Part shown: positions 1 through 9,995 of the stretch, piece by piece
Layout of the letters: the number at the start of each line of letters is the position of its first letter
How positions within the stretch are numbered: position 1 is the stretch's first letter
Assembly: GCA_963776275.1 (NCBI GenBank)
Contig: CAVZMI010000021.1
Location: forward strand, 32,001-96,000
Source: Ignavibacteriota bacterium
Lineage (GTDB): Bacteria > Bacteroidota > Ignavibacteria > UBA10030 > CAVZMI01
Length of the DNA: 64,000 bases
Direction of reading: 5' to 3'
Made by a program: the position numbers and the translations under genes
The notes under the pieces: model-generated
Databases searched by the model: none
Told to the model about the DNA's origin: nothing
The model's input: only the letters and a program-made list of their open reading frames with translations

Positions 1-181
1 CTGCTTCACTTGCTTTTGCTTCGGAAAACTCAACTTTTTTCATCGATGCATAAAGCGATCGACTGTTCTCCAGGGCTATTTTTATACTTTCTTCGACCGT
101 CAGTGATTGTTTCTGTGCAATCATCGAACTGACAACCATCATCAATACTAGACCAAGGAAGATTTTTCCAGCTTTTTTCAT
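1..181 (-). CDS. TolC-family outer membrane efflux protein, N-terminal part (runs off window)
   Basis: Read manually: ATG at 181 overlaps the ABC gene stop (ATGA); MKKAGKIFLGLVLMMVVSSMIAQKQSLTVEESIKIALENS is a signal peptide plus the typical TolC start LT..E.I..AL.N; efflux operon context. Confidence 0.75.
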   Translation of the reverse strand, partial: MKKAGKIFLGLVLMMVVSSMIAQKQSLTVEESIKIALENSRSLYASMKKVEFSEAKASEA

Positions 182-1125
182 TGCGATACTCCACCTCGAC
201 TTTCTTGAACGGATGAATAATCCGAGAGTAACGATATAAATACATTTTCGAGTGATGGGGGAATTACACGCCAACCGGTGATTTCGATATTCTTTTCGTG
301 AAGATAGCCCAGAATCGATTTCATATCCGTCGAAGCTTTGTGAACAACGATATTGACGCGATCACCAAATGCCTGCACTTCCATAATATCGGGATGTGTT
401 TTGAAGGCAGTGAATGCCGTCCTTATGTCCGGCGTGATAACTTCAACGACATCACCTTTCATCACTCCGGTCAGGTTCCGCGGTGCATCGGCCATCAATA
501 CTTTTCCTTCATTCATCAAAGCGACCCGGGTACATCGTTCAGCTTCATCTAAGTAAGGTGTGGTCATGATAACGGTGATCCCTTTCTTAAGCAAGTTTGA
601 AAGGACTTTCCAGAAATCTCGCCGTGAGACCGGATCGACACCCGTTGTCGGCTCGTCGAGAAGAAGAACGTCGGGAGTATGAACCAACGTGCATGCGAGA
701 GCGAGTTTTTGCCTCATGCCGCCGGAAAGCTTTTCCGCAAGACGATTCCGGAATTTGGTCAGCCGTGTAAATTCAAGCAATTCATTACGCTGAATCTTAT
801 AATTACGGACGCCATGAATCTCGGCAAAAAATTCTATATTCTCATCGACGGTCAGATCACCGTAAAGACTGAACCGCTGCGATAAATACCCGATGTGCTT
901 TTTCACTTCCTCCGGTTTTTTCCGGATATCGAAACCAAGTACACTTATCTCGCCGGACGTCGGGGGTGTGATTCCGCATATCATTCGGATGGTTGTGGTC
1001 TTTCCAGCACCGTCAGGACCTACCAGTGCATACATTTCACCTCGTTCAACATCCAGTGAAAGTGAATCTACTGCAACAATATCACCGAACTTTTTTATAA
1101 CCGACCGGATTTCAACTGCTTTCAT
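178..1125 (-). CDS. ABC transporter ATP-binding protein (multidrug/YbhF-like)
   Basis: Walker A GPDGAGKTT, signature LSGGMRQK, Walker B LLLDEPT. Confidence 0.95.
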   Translation of the reverse strand: MKAVEIRSVIKKFGDIVAVDSLSLDVERGEMYALVGPDGAGKTTTIRMICGITPPTSGEISVLGFDIRKKPEEVKKHIGYLSQRFSLYGDLTVDENIEFFAEIHGVRNYKIQRNELLEFTRLTKFRNRLAEKLSGGMRQKLALACTLVHTPDVLLLDEPTTGVDPVSRRDFWKVLSNLLKKGITVIMTTPYLDEAERCTRVALMNEGKVLMADAPRNLTGVMKGDVVEVITPDIRTAFTAFKTHPDIMEVQAFGDRVNIVVHKASTDMKSILGYLHEKNIEITGWRVIPPSLENVFISLLSDYSSVQESRGGVSQ

Positions 1126-1138
1126 ACGATCTTATCCC

Positions 1139-2097
1139 CTACTTGAGATATGCATCTGCCGGCATACCCCCTTTGAGCACTCCATCATGATTTTCAACTT
1201 CGAGTTTGACGCCAAAGACAAGCTTTGTCCGATCTTCTTTTGTCTGGACATTTTTTGGCGTGAATTCGGCAATCGGTGAGATATAGACAACACGACCCGG
1301 AAAATTTTTTTCGGGATAGGTGTCGATGACAATATCGGCTGCACCACCCAGTTTTACTTTCCCGAGATCGTTTTCGTTAACGTAGATCATTAAATTCAGT
1401 TGTTCAACTCTTGAAATTTTGGCAACAATACCACCCGTCGATATTAACTCCCCCTCTTCAAACGGTTTGCTTGTGACAATCCCGGAAACAGGGGCAAGAA
1501 CGGCTGCGTCGGTCAGCTGCTTCTTAATGAGATCTGCCGAGGCCTTGGCCTGATCGAGACGAGCTTTTGCAGCCATAAGGTCTCAGGACGTGCAAACCGT
1601 TGTAATCGCTGTAAATTCTGTTTTGCCGAATTGAGCTGTGCATGTGTAATTGTCAGCCGCGATTCTGCATCGTCGTACTGTTTTTTAGTAACTGTCTTTA
1701 ATTCGAAGAGCTCTCTCATCCGATCAAAATCACCTTTTGCATTATTATACGAAGATTCGGCCTGCCGGACAGACTCTTCGGCCTGTTGAACATCCTCGAT
1801 TCGTGCGCCATTGAGAAGCAATCGATACTGTGCCTCCGCGAGATCAACGCCGCCTTTTGCCTGTCTCCATTGCAGCTCTAGAGTCACACGATCAAGCAAG
1901 GCCAGAGTATCGCCTTTCTTGACACGGCTCCCTTCTTGAATAAAAAGATGTTCGACCTGTCCCGGCACTTTTGCACTGACACTGACTTCGACAGCCTCAA
2001 GTGTTCCGCTCGCTTCAATGGCACCCTGGTGATTATTTCCGCAACCGCTCATAATAAACAGAGCGCCTACTGCCATAATACTTATGAACTGTTTCAT
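1139..2097 (-). CDS. HlyD-family membrane fusion lipoprotein (YbhG-like), frameshift near 1580
   Basis: Lipobox MSGC, SGTLEA..V.VSAKVPG lipoyl half, coiled coil, C-terminal AEFTPKNVQT; ORFs 1513..2097 and 1139..1576 join as RPE-DLMAAKA if one base is added. Confidence 0.85.
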
Positions 2098-2114
2098 ATT
2101 AACCTTCTTGTCGA

Positions 2115-2744
2115 TTAATGAGATATTGAAATTGACGAATCAAACACATGAAAATTTTTTCGCCCCTCATCGGTAAGAGCACCTTCAAAAATTGTTTTCA
2201 TTATCGTCTTGAATGCTTCCTCTGCAGAAAACGGCGCTTGCGAGAGAATGTCCGGTGTAAGTATTCCCTGAACCGAATTGATGACCATGAGCATGAGAAC
2301 TTGTTCATTCAATTCTTCCCGAATCGCTTTTTCACGACGTCCTTGCTCGAACAATCGATTCATCTTATTCAAAATTTGTTCGCGCCGGAATGTCTCGATT
2401 TCTTTCCAGACATCAGGAGCTACTTTCTGCAGGTTTATAGCGCTTAGACGACTAATCTTACCGATTTGCCGACCAATCAACATCATAATATCTGCAAGTT
2501 TTTCTGTAACCGTTTTATCCGACGATATGATTTCTTCAATCCGGCGTGCGATCCCCTGCAGCATGAAACGAACACCGGCGCGAAGAAGCTCTTCTTTGCT
2601 CGGGAAAAATTTGTAGAGTGTTTTTTTACTCATCCCGAGACCGGTGGCAATTTCATCGATCGTTACTTTGCCAAAACCAAACCTCATAAATAGGTCGGAG
2701 GCAAAAAGAATAATACGTTCGCGTAACGTTTTTTCATTTGACAT
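2115..2744 (-). CDS. TetR/AcrR-family transcriptional regulator
   Basis: HTH GFGKVTIDEIATGLGMSKKTLYKFFPSKEEL. Confidence 0.95.
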   Translation of the reverse strand: MSNEKTLRERIILFASDLFMRFGFGKVTIDEIATGLGMSKKTLYKFFPSKEELLRAGVRFMLQGIARRIEEIISSDKTVTEKLADIMMLIGRQIGKISRLSAINLQKVAPDVWKEIETFRREQILNKMNRLFEQGRREKAIREELNEQVLMLMVINSVQGILTPDILSQAPFSAEEAFKTIMKTIFEGALTDEGRKNFHVFDSSISISH

Positions 2745-2758
2745 GGTAGAACTCCAAA

Positions 2759-2898
2759 GAAACTAATAAAGTTTTTAAAGTTTCCAGGATTTAATAAAAA
2801 AACCCAAACCCGAAGGTATTGAGGATTTTTAAGGGGGCCATGGAAACCCTAATAGTATTTCTGGTTTCCAATATACATATCATTTTTTCGTTTGTCAA
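2759..2898 (-). promoter_or_regulatory. sigma70 promoter with two palindromic putative TetR operators
   Basis: Minus strand TTGACA (2893-2898), 17 nt, TATATT (2870-2875); palindromes TGGAAACC-N14-GGTTTCCA (2841-2870) and GAAACT-N14-AGTTTC (2759-2784). Confidence 0.7.
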
Positions 2899-3165
2899 GT
2901 TCCTTTTAAAAAAAATCAAGGGCCAGGTCGCTCTGTCATCGACTCTGGCCCTAGTGGATGGTGTTTGGAGAGGAGGATGGAAAAGTAAGGGTATACAATG
3001 TCTTCCATATATATACCGCAATTAAAAACCAATTCGTGACAGAAACTGACTGATTGATTTTGGATAGCGAAATTCTGATATTGATATGTCACAAAAACAA
3101 TATTCATTACGGTAAGCATATAGAGGGTATTATTGAGGCGTTGGCGTTTAGTGAGGGAATCATTC

Positions 3166-4158
3166 ATGAAAAAGCAAAAAAAAACCAAACGAGCGAAATC
3201 AGGCCGGAAAAACGCACTGAATCGTACAGTACGGCCTGCGCCCTCTTTTTCATCCGCTTTATTCAACGCGGTAATGAGTGATGCTGTTCGAAGTGAAAAA
3301 CCGACCGGCAACGATTTCGATCAACTAATGCGATATGTAATTTATAAAGAATCACCTAATCATCCGGCATACAAAGAAAATCCATTAAGCTTCGAAGAAG
3401 TACGCTTAATACGGAAGAATTGTGAAGAAAATCCGGAATGGGCTAAAGTACTTGCAGATCTCCGGCATGAATATAATCGACTTCTGGAAACACTCGAACA
3501 GAGCTCCTTTTCCCACATATCAGAGCCTGTCCCCGCACGACCGCCGGCTTTCAAGCGTCGTTTTCAGCTATTCCCCCCTCTTTTATTTACACAATACAGA
3601 ATCCCACGGCTGGCAGTAATCTTTGCCGTTACTCTAGCCGTCGGTTTCGGACTACTTGCCGGAATTAGCTCTCTGGTCACACCCCGGTATTTTAATGCTA
3701 CAACGATCACACCTGTAACATTTACGACACGTGGAGAATATACGGTGCTTGAACCGGGGATCGATGCGCTGTATAAGCAGGATTATCATACGGCACTTGC
3801 GTTTTTCCGACATGTTATAAACAAAAATCCTCAATCAGACAAGGCGCTTTTTGCCCTCTATTTCTCGGGTTCGATAGATTTAATAAATGCCAGAAGAACG
3901 TTTTTCGGCCTTTTTCCTTCATTCGCAGATGTGCAGGTGGATTCCGGCATAGCTGCTTTCACGTACGTTCTGAGTAGTATCCCGACTACCGGACAATTCA
4001 CCCCCCTCGAGGAACAATGCCGTTTTATGCTGGGACAGGCCTGGCTCATGAAGAAAAACATCCCAAATGCCCGTCAAGAATTTGAGCGCGTTATCCAGCT
4101 CCATGGCATTAAAAAACAGGAAAGCGAAAAAATCCTTTCAATTCTACCCCTCCAATAA
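3166..4158 (+). CDS. Single-pass membrane protein with C-terminal TPR-like region (anti-sigma-like architecture)
   Basis: TM segment LAVIFAVTLAVGFGLLAGI; TPR-like YHTALAFFRHVI and FMLGQAWL..NARQEFERVI; start codon uncertain. Confidence 0.6.
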   Translation: MKKQKKTKRAKSGRKNALNRTVRPAPSFSSALFNAVMSDAVRSEKPTGNDFDQLMRYVIYKESPNHPAYKENPLSFEEVRLIRKNCEENPEWAKVLADLRHEYNRLLETLEQSSFSHISEPVPARPPAFKRRFQLFPPLLFTQYRIPRLAVIFAVTLAVGFGLLAGISSLVTPRYFNATTITPVTFTTRGEYTVLEPGIDALYKQDYHTALAFFRHVINKNPQSDKALFALYFSGSIDLINARRTFFGLFPSFADVQVDSGIAAFTYVLSSIPTTGQFTPLEEQCRFMLGQAWLMKKNIPNARQEFERVIQLHGIKKQESEKILSILPLQ

Positions 4159-4758
4159 AAGCACCCGAAGGCTTTACTTTGCGAATTTTCCATTAATACT
4201 GAATTATCTGGACTAAAACGGCCAAAATTTCTTATATTGGTTCTTTTATAAGGTATGGAAAAGCTCACTGAAACTATTAGTCTAGTAATATGTGCATTTG
4301 CCCTTTTCCCTGAATATTCATATTTTCCATCGAGGAGCAATATTAAGGAACAGGTGGCAACGATAAGTATATCCATGTAAATTTTTCACTGCGAGTATCG
4401 CTCCAACCATTATTTAAAAATAATTCTATGTGATTATATGTGTTGGAGCGTGTACTATGCCACTTTTATAATACGGTGAAACACAGTGGAACAGTGCCGC
4501 TATGCGGCAGTACCGCTCCTCGGTAGTAGAATAATTGGAGTGGCACTAGTATGATTAATACTAAATGATCCTTATATTAAGTTCTATTTAGTATACTGTT
4601 CATTGCAACTATCGTCCATTTTATCGTTCTGCCTGTTTCTTTGAAGGTTGAGAACCCTTATGAAAAAAAAGGGAAATAGAAGTGAGGTAGAATTAACGTA
4701 AATTTCGTTCGTTTTTTGTAGAAACATCTGATCTCAGCAATATCAGAGGAGACCTTTT

Positions 4759-7698
4759 ATGCGTCGGTCATCATTATTCTGGAGAGTCCTTGCCAATTTC
4801 GGCATTCTCCTGTTAGTTCTTTCGGCAATGACATTGTTGACGCTATACTACCTTAGTGAGATCGAAAGGAATTTTGGCGGTGCCGCGGCGGACACCAAAA
4901 CGATGATGAAGGTCGAATCGATTACAAAGCTTCTGACCGATGTTCTCTTTGATATCGATTTGTACGTCACTACCGGAACGGCTTCTTCTAGAAATGCCTA
5001 TGTTAAAGATGGAAGCAGGCTGGAGAATGAACTTCGTGAAATGGCACAGAACCCCTCCGACACAACAATAGCGCAACTCTTTAAAGATGCCTCTTGGTCG
5101 TTTTCAAAATGGCGCGAGTTTTATGCCGATAAAAAAATCATCCTTGCAGATCAAAAACATACAGGAATTTCCATAGATCGAGATCTTTTTACTCTCGAAG
5201 CTCAGGAATCACAGAATCTTTACCTGACACGACTCCGTTCTTCTCTCGGTGATGCTTCTCGCCGGTTATCACTTTCACAACTTCACAGTTTTGAGGGTGC
5301 AAGTTCACTTGGAGATAAGCTCGGAAAATTTATCGGCCTTGTGAATATTTTACTGGCAATCTTTGCTCTATTATTGGGATTTTTCCTGACAGCCTCAATT
5401 ACAACACCGGTTAAAATTCTCAAACAGGGTACTCAGAATATTATGAAGGGGGAATTTACGCCGATTGCCCTGAAACGATCTGACGAACTTGGCCAACTCG
5501 CTGTCGACTTCAACAAGATGTCGCAAATGCTCGGCAACAACTATACACGATTACAGGCGTACTCCGAACTTGTCACAGCACTCAACACACATGCCGAGAT
5601 GGCCGCAGTTGAATCGCGAAGTCTGACTCTCCTTTGCAGTCACATCCACGCATCGGTCGGAGCACTCTATTTACTGAACGACCCGGCAACGACCCTGAAT
5701 CTTGTAGCGGGTTACGCCCTGAAGAATCGAGAACATCAAGTAAAATCTTTCACTGTTGGCGAAGGTATCCCAGGCCAATGTGCTGCCGAGCAGCGTAGCA
5801 TTGAAGTAAAAAATCTTCCGACGAATACGGCATTCAGTATTGACACGGGACTGGTCGAAGTCCCTCCTCGCTTTATGCTTGCAGTCCCGATCATGTTTCA
5901 GGACCGTCTTCTTGGAGTGATTGTTGTTGGTTCAATGGAAGAATTTGGCGCTCTCCAGAAGGAAATCATCGATAACTCGGTTCCTCAAATTGGTGTTGCC
6001 ATTGCCAACGCACGTAACTATGAGGCTACACAGAAACTATCGATTGAAATTGCAAAGAAAAACGACGAACTAAATCAGAAACATGCCGAACTTGAAAAAG
6101 CATACCGGGTGAAATCCGATTTCCTCGCCAGCATGTCGCATGAACTTCGGACGCCGTTAAATTCCATTATCGGTTTTAGTTCTGTTCTCCTTGAGCCAAA
6201 TAACGAGCCCCTTACATCCGACCAGGGAAAAGCAATCGAGAAAATCCTGAAAAACGGTAAACATCTTCTGCAGTTAATCAACGATATACTTGATCTCTCG
6301 AAGATAGAAGCCGGGAGGATGACGGTAGGCGTCGATACAGAAACGGTTGATAATATCGTCGCGAGTTCTATGCTTACTGTCGAATCTCTGATCAGAGCAA
6401 AAAACCTTTCATTGAAGCAACATATTCAAACCGGCATTCCTGCATTGAATACCGATAGCCTGAAGGTTAAACAGATTCTGGTCAATCTTTTAAGCAATGC
6501 GACGAAGTTTACCGAAACAGGCGAAATTTCCTTGTCCGTAAAATATGCCGATGATGCCCTTTCATTCGCCGTCAAAGATACAGGGATTGGAATTGATCGT
6601 AAGAACCTTGAACGAATCTTTGAAGAATTTCAGCAAATCGACAGTAGCACGACGCGCAAATATTCGGGTACGGGACTCGGACTACCAATTGCCCGCCGTC
6701 TTGCCCGAATGCTTGGGGGAGATCTAACTGTCGAGAGTGAATTCGGGAGAGGATCGATATTCACTCTTTCCATTCCACCCGTATATAGAGGAGAAGAAGA
6801 GATTAAAAAAGAGCCGGTGCTAGCAGAACAGCCACTACAGGAAAAGCAGGCAGAACAGGTACAGCAGGAAAAGCAGCCACAGCAGGCAAAGCAGCCGCAG
6901 CTACCACCCCAGCCACCGCCACCTGCTAAAAAAGAAGAGGCGGTTCCATCTGCTCAACCCCAGGCTCAGGGAATACCGGTACTCTGTATTGATGATGACC
7001 CGGATGTTATCGATATTCTTCGGGGATATCTTGCACCTGAAGGATACTCGGTACTCAAGGCACTCTCCGGTGATGAGGGGATTGCTATTGCCGCAAAGGC
7101 GAGACCTGGATTAATTACACTCGACATTATGATGCCCAACAAGGATGGTTGGCAGGTACTTAGAGAATTGAAGCAAAATCCCCTTACACGCGATATCCCG
7201 GTTCTGATCCATTCGATTATCGACAATAAGCCTCTTGCCCTTTCGCTTGGTGCTGCCGATGTTATTCCAAAACCCACTGATCAAAAACGCTTAATCTCAC
7301 TCGTAAAGACCCATTACAGATCGTTAAAACCGTTCGTTTTGATTATCGATACAAATCCCGGATTTATTGCAACAGCACAGGGTGTTATGGAGTCTGCAGG
7401 ATTTCTCCAAAAAAATGTCGCCAGCAGTAAGGAAGCTCTCGCCATTATTGAGAAATCGACACCGGCGGTTATCTTTTTCGATCCTCTTATTCTGGAAGCA
7501 GATGGATTTCAACTTGCTCAGCGATTCAAATTAAACGAGCGTTGGCGTATGATTCCTATCGTCATTCTCTCCGTAAAACCGACTACTAAAAAAGTATGGG
7601 AACAATGGAACTTAAACATAAAAGGTTACATGTCGAAAGAAGCGGCATCGCCCGAGACCATCGTAACAATCATCAAGCGTTCACTCCGTCCGTCATAG
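4759..7698 (+). CDS. Hybrid sensor histidine kinase (2TM-HAMP-GAF-HisKA-HATPase-REC-REC)
   Basis: FLASMSHELRTPLN, NLLSNATKFT, DTGIGI, GTGLGL, two receiver domains. Confidence 0.95.
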   Translation: MRRSSLFWRVLANFGILLLVLSAMTLLTLYYLSEIERNFGGAAADTKTMMKVESITKLLTDVLFDIDLYVTTGTASSRNAYVKDGSRLENELREMAQNPSDTTIAQLFKDASWSFSKWREFYADKKIILADQKHTGISIDRDLFTLEAQESQNLYLTRLRSSLGDASRRLSLSQLHSFEGASSLGDKLGKFIGLVNILLAIFALLLGFFLTASITTPVKILKQGTQNIMKGEFTPIALKRSDELGQLAVDFNKMSQMLGNNYTRLQAYSELVTALNTHAEMAAVESRSLTLLCSHIHASVGALYLLNDPATTLNLVAGYALKNREHQVKSFTVGEGIPGQCAAEQRSIEVKNLPTNTAFSIDTGLVEVPPRFMLAVPIMFQDRLLGVIVVGSMEEFGALQKEIIDNSVPQIGVAIANARNYEATQKLSIEIAKKNDELNQKHAELEKAYRVKSDFLASMSHELRTPLNSIIGFSSVLLEPNNEPLTSDQGKAIEKILKNGKHLLQLINDILDLSKIEAGRMTVGVDTETVDNIVASSMLTVESLIRAKNLSLKQHIQTGIPALNTDSLKVKQILVNLLSNATKFTETGEISLSVKYADDALSFAVKDTGIGIDRKNLERIFEEFQQIDSSTTRKYSGTGLGLPIARRLARMLGGDLTVESEFGRGSIFTLSIPPVYRGEEEIKKEPVLAEQPLQEKQAEQVQQEKQPQQAKQPQLPPQPPPPAKKEEAVPSAQPQAQGIPVLCIDDDPDVIDILRGYLAPEGYSVLKALSGDEGIAIAAKARPGLITLDIMMPNKDGWQVLRELKQNPLTRDIPVLIHSIIDNKPLALSLGAADVIPKPTDQKRLISLVKTHYRSLKPFVLIIDTNPGFIATAQGVMESAGFLQKNVASSKEALAIIEKSTPAVIFFDPLILEADGFQLAQRFKLNERWRMIPIVILSVKPTTKKVWEQWNLNIKGYMSKEAASPETIVTIIKRSLRPS

Positions 7699-7725
7699 CG
7701 TCCGGAGTAGCTACATGAGGAATAC

Positions 7726-8844
7726 ATGAACGAATATATAGCGACCATACTCGTCGTCGACGATACTGAGGATAATCTCGATCTGCTCGAATTCGCGATG
7801 AAACACAAACCGGTGAAAATGTTTCGCGCAACAAGCGGGATGGAGTGCCTTGCAATAGCTGAGAGTGTTCGGCCGGATGTTATTCTTCTAGATATTCAAA
7901 TGCCTGAGATGGATGGATTTGAAACGTTTCGGCGGCTTCGGGCAAAACCATCGACCGCAAAGATTCCTGTTATCTTTTTAACAGCCCAACGGAAAGATCC
8001 CGGGAGTATAGCGACAGGACTCGAGATCGGGGCGGATGAGTATCTCACGAAACCGATCGACACAGAAGAACTTCTTGTCCGCACCCGCATGCTTATACGT
8101 TTAAAACGGGCCGAAGCGGCAATTGAACGGACAAGGGCCGACTTTATGGCGATGCTTGTTCATGATCTCAGGAGTCCGCTTTCCGGAATAAAGAGTGTCA
8201 TTGATTTCTTTACCGATCTCAAAGGTCAGGAAGTGACGCTCACGCCTGAATATTTTCAGCTTTTAGAATCGGGACGAGACGCCGCTGGGAGAATGCTTGA
8301 ACTGATTAATAACTTGCTGGGCCTGTCAAAATTCGAAGCGGGAAACATGGCTCTTGACAAAAAATCCGTCATTGTCAGCCAGCTCATTGATGCTGTTGTC
8401 CATGAAGTCCTTCCGCAGTATCAACAAAGAAGGATATCCCTCACGCAACAAACACAACCGGACTTGCCAATTATCGAAATTGATTTACTAAAAATAAGTC
8501 AGGTACTGATGAATCTCCTGAGTAACGCATTAAAATTCACACGATCAGGAGGAAGCGTCGAAGTCAGCGCTCGACAAATCCAGATGCCTCCCGGTGAAAA
8601 ACCTGCTATTTGTTTCAGCATAACAGACAACGGTATTGGAATCGGAAAAGAAGAACTCCCTTATGTCTTTGACCGATACAAACAGGCATCATCGGCACAG
8701 GTGACTAAGACTAAAGGAACCGGATTGGGACTCGCAATCTGTAAACTTGTTGTGGAAGCCCACGGAGGGATGGTATATGCAGAAAGTGAACCCGGAGTTC
8801 GAACAACCTTTTCGTTTACTTTGCCGATAACATCAACTATCTGA
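7726..8844 (+). CDS. Response regulator receiver-histidine kinase hybrid
   Basis: ILVVDD..LLDIQMP; HDLRSPL; NLLSNALKFT; GTGLGLAI. Confidence 0.93.
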   Translation: MNEYIATILVVDDTEDNLDLLEFAMKHKPVKMFRATSGMECLAIAESVRPDVILLDIQMPEMDGFETFRRLRAKPSTAKIPVIFLTAQRKDPGSIATGLEIGADEYLTKPIDTEELLVRTRMLIRLKRAEAAIERTRADFMAMLVHDLRSPLSGIKSVIDFFTDLKGQEVTLTPEYFQLLESGRDAAGRMLELINNLLGLSKFEAGNMALDKKSVIVSQLIDAVVHEVLPQYQQRRISLTQQTQPDLPIIEIDLLKISQVLMNLLSNALKFTRSGGSVEVSARQIQMPPGEKPAICFSITDNGIGIGKEELPYVFDRYKQASSAQVTKTKGTGLGLAICKLVVEAHGGMVYAESEPGVRTTFSFTLPITSTI

Positions 8845-8969
8845 AAGGGACTCTAATTCCTGTGAGACCGGAGGATATACCAATAAAGAATCCATCACAT
8901 AGGAAATACATCATAACAACGATACTGATGATCATAAAGCTTTCGAACAACGAATGAATTGTCTCCGAC

Positions 8970-9734
8970 ATGGAAAGCCGAGCGACAGACATGACAAATG
9001 ACACACAGCGTAAAACTCTTCGAATTGCATATCAATTTAGATTTGCTGATGATTCCGTAAAGAAATTCGAGATCCGTCTCGATGCATTGACACTCGAGCT
9101 TATCTCTGATTCACAAGTAACACCGCCTTATTGGACAAAACTCTCATTCCATCCGTGTGAGAACTGCCCACTCCCCCCGACAACAGAATATTGTCCTATA
9201 GCTGTGAATCTCGCGCGACTGATTGATGAATTCCGTGATTCGATCTCTTACGAACGGACAACGGTGACCGTCGAAGTACCCGAAAGAATCTACATGAAAG
9301 AGACAATGATCCAGAAAGCTCTCAGTTCTATCATTGGTATCTATATGCCGACGAGTAATTGTCCAATCATGGATAAGCTTCGACCGATGGTCCGATTTCA
9401 TTTACCCTTCCAGAGCTCGGCAGAATCACTTTATCGCACTGTATCGGCATATCTCACGGCCCAGTTTTTTCTTATGCGTGACGGAAAAGAACCCGATTGG
9501 AAATTACATCAATTGGTAGAAATTTATAGGGAAATTTCTTTTGTCAATAAGGGGATGTGGCAACGAGTTTCTGCAGCTTCTGAAAAAGATGCAAACACAA
9601 ATGCAGTCGTCATCCTCCACTCCATCGGAGATTCCGTCCCGTATTTCATTGAACACGGACTTGACGAAATTGAATATTTGTTTTCCGTTTTCACCGAAAA
9701 GAAGTACACGAAAACGGACGAGGAGCTTCAGTAA
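8970..9734 (+). CDS. Conserved hypothetical protein (resembles DUF6901 family)
   Basis: Long ORF with WT.L.FHPCENCPL..YCP, SNCP..KLRPMVRFHLPF motifs; family name recalled from memory, not searched. Confidence 0.6.
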   Translation: MESRATDMTNDTQRKTLRIAYQFRFADDSVKKFEIRLDALTLELISDSQVTPPYWTKLSFHPCENCPLPPTTEYCPIAVNLARLIDEFRDSISYERTTVTVEVPERIYMKETMIQKALSSIIGIYMPTSNCPIMDKLRPMVRFHLPFQSSAESLYRTVSAYLTAQFFLMRDGKEPDWKLHQLVEIYREISFVNKGMWQRVSAASEKDANTNAVVILHSIGDSVPYFIEHGLDEIEYLFSVFTEKKYTKTDEELQ

Positions 9735-9995
9735 AAATTCCCTTACATCAATTCATTACCACCCTGACATATTTTCGATAAGCATAGTATTACCATGTTG
9801 GCACGATTATTATGCCTATTGAAGCAGAGAGAAATGGCATTGTATAGAGGAAATTTTAGACATATGGATATACAACAATGGTGTTTTTTTTGTTATTGGA
9901 ACAATCGTCGTTTCAATACTGATTGAATACTATTTGCATTCAAAGTTGTTTTTCTTTAGTTTCCTATCTGATCCACACTATCTCGAGGTATTTCG

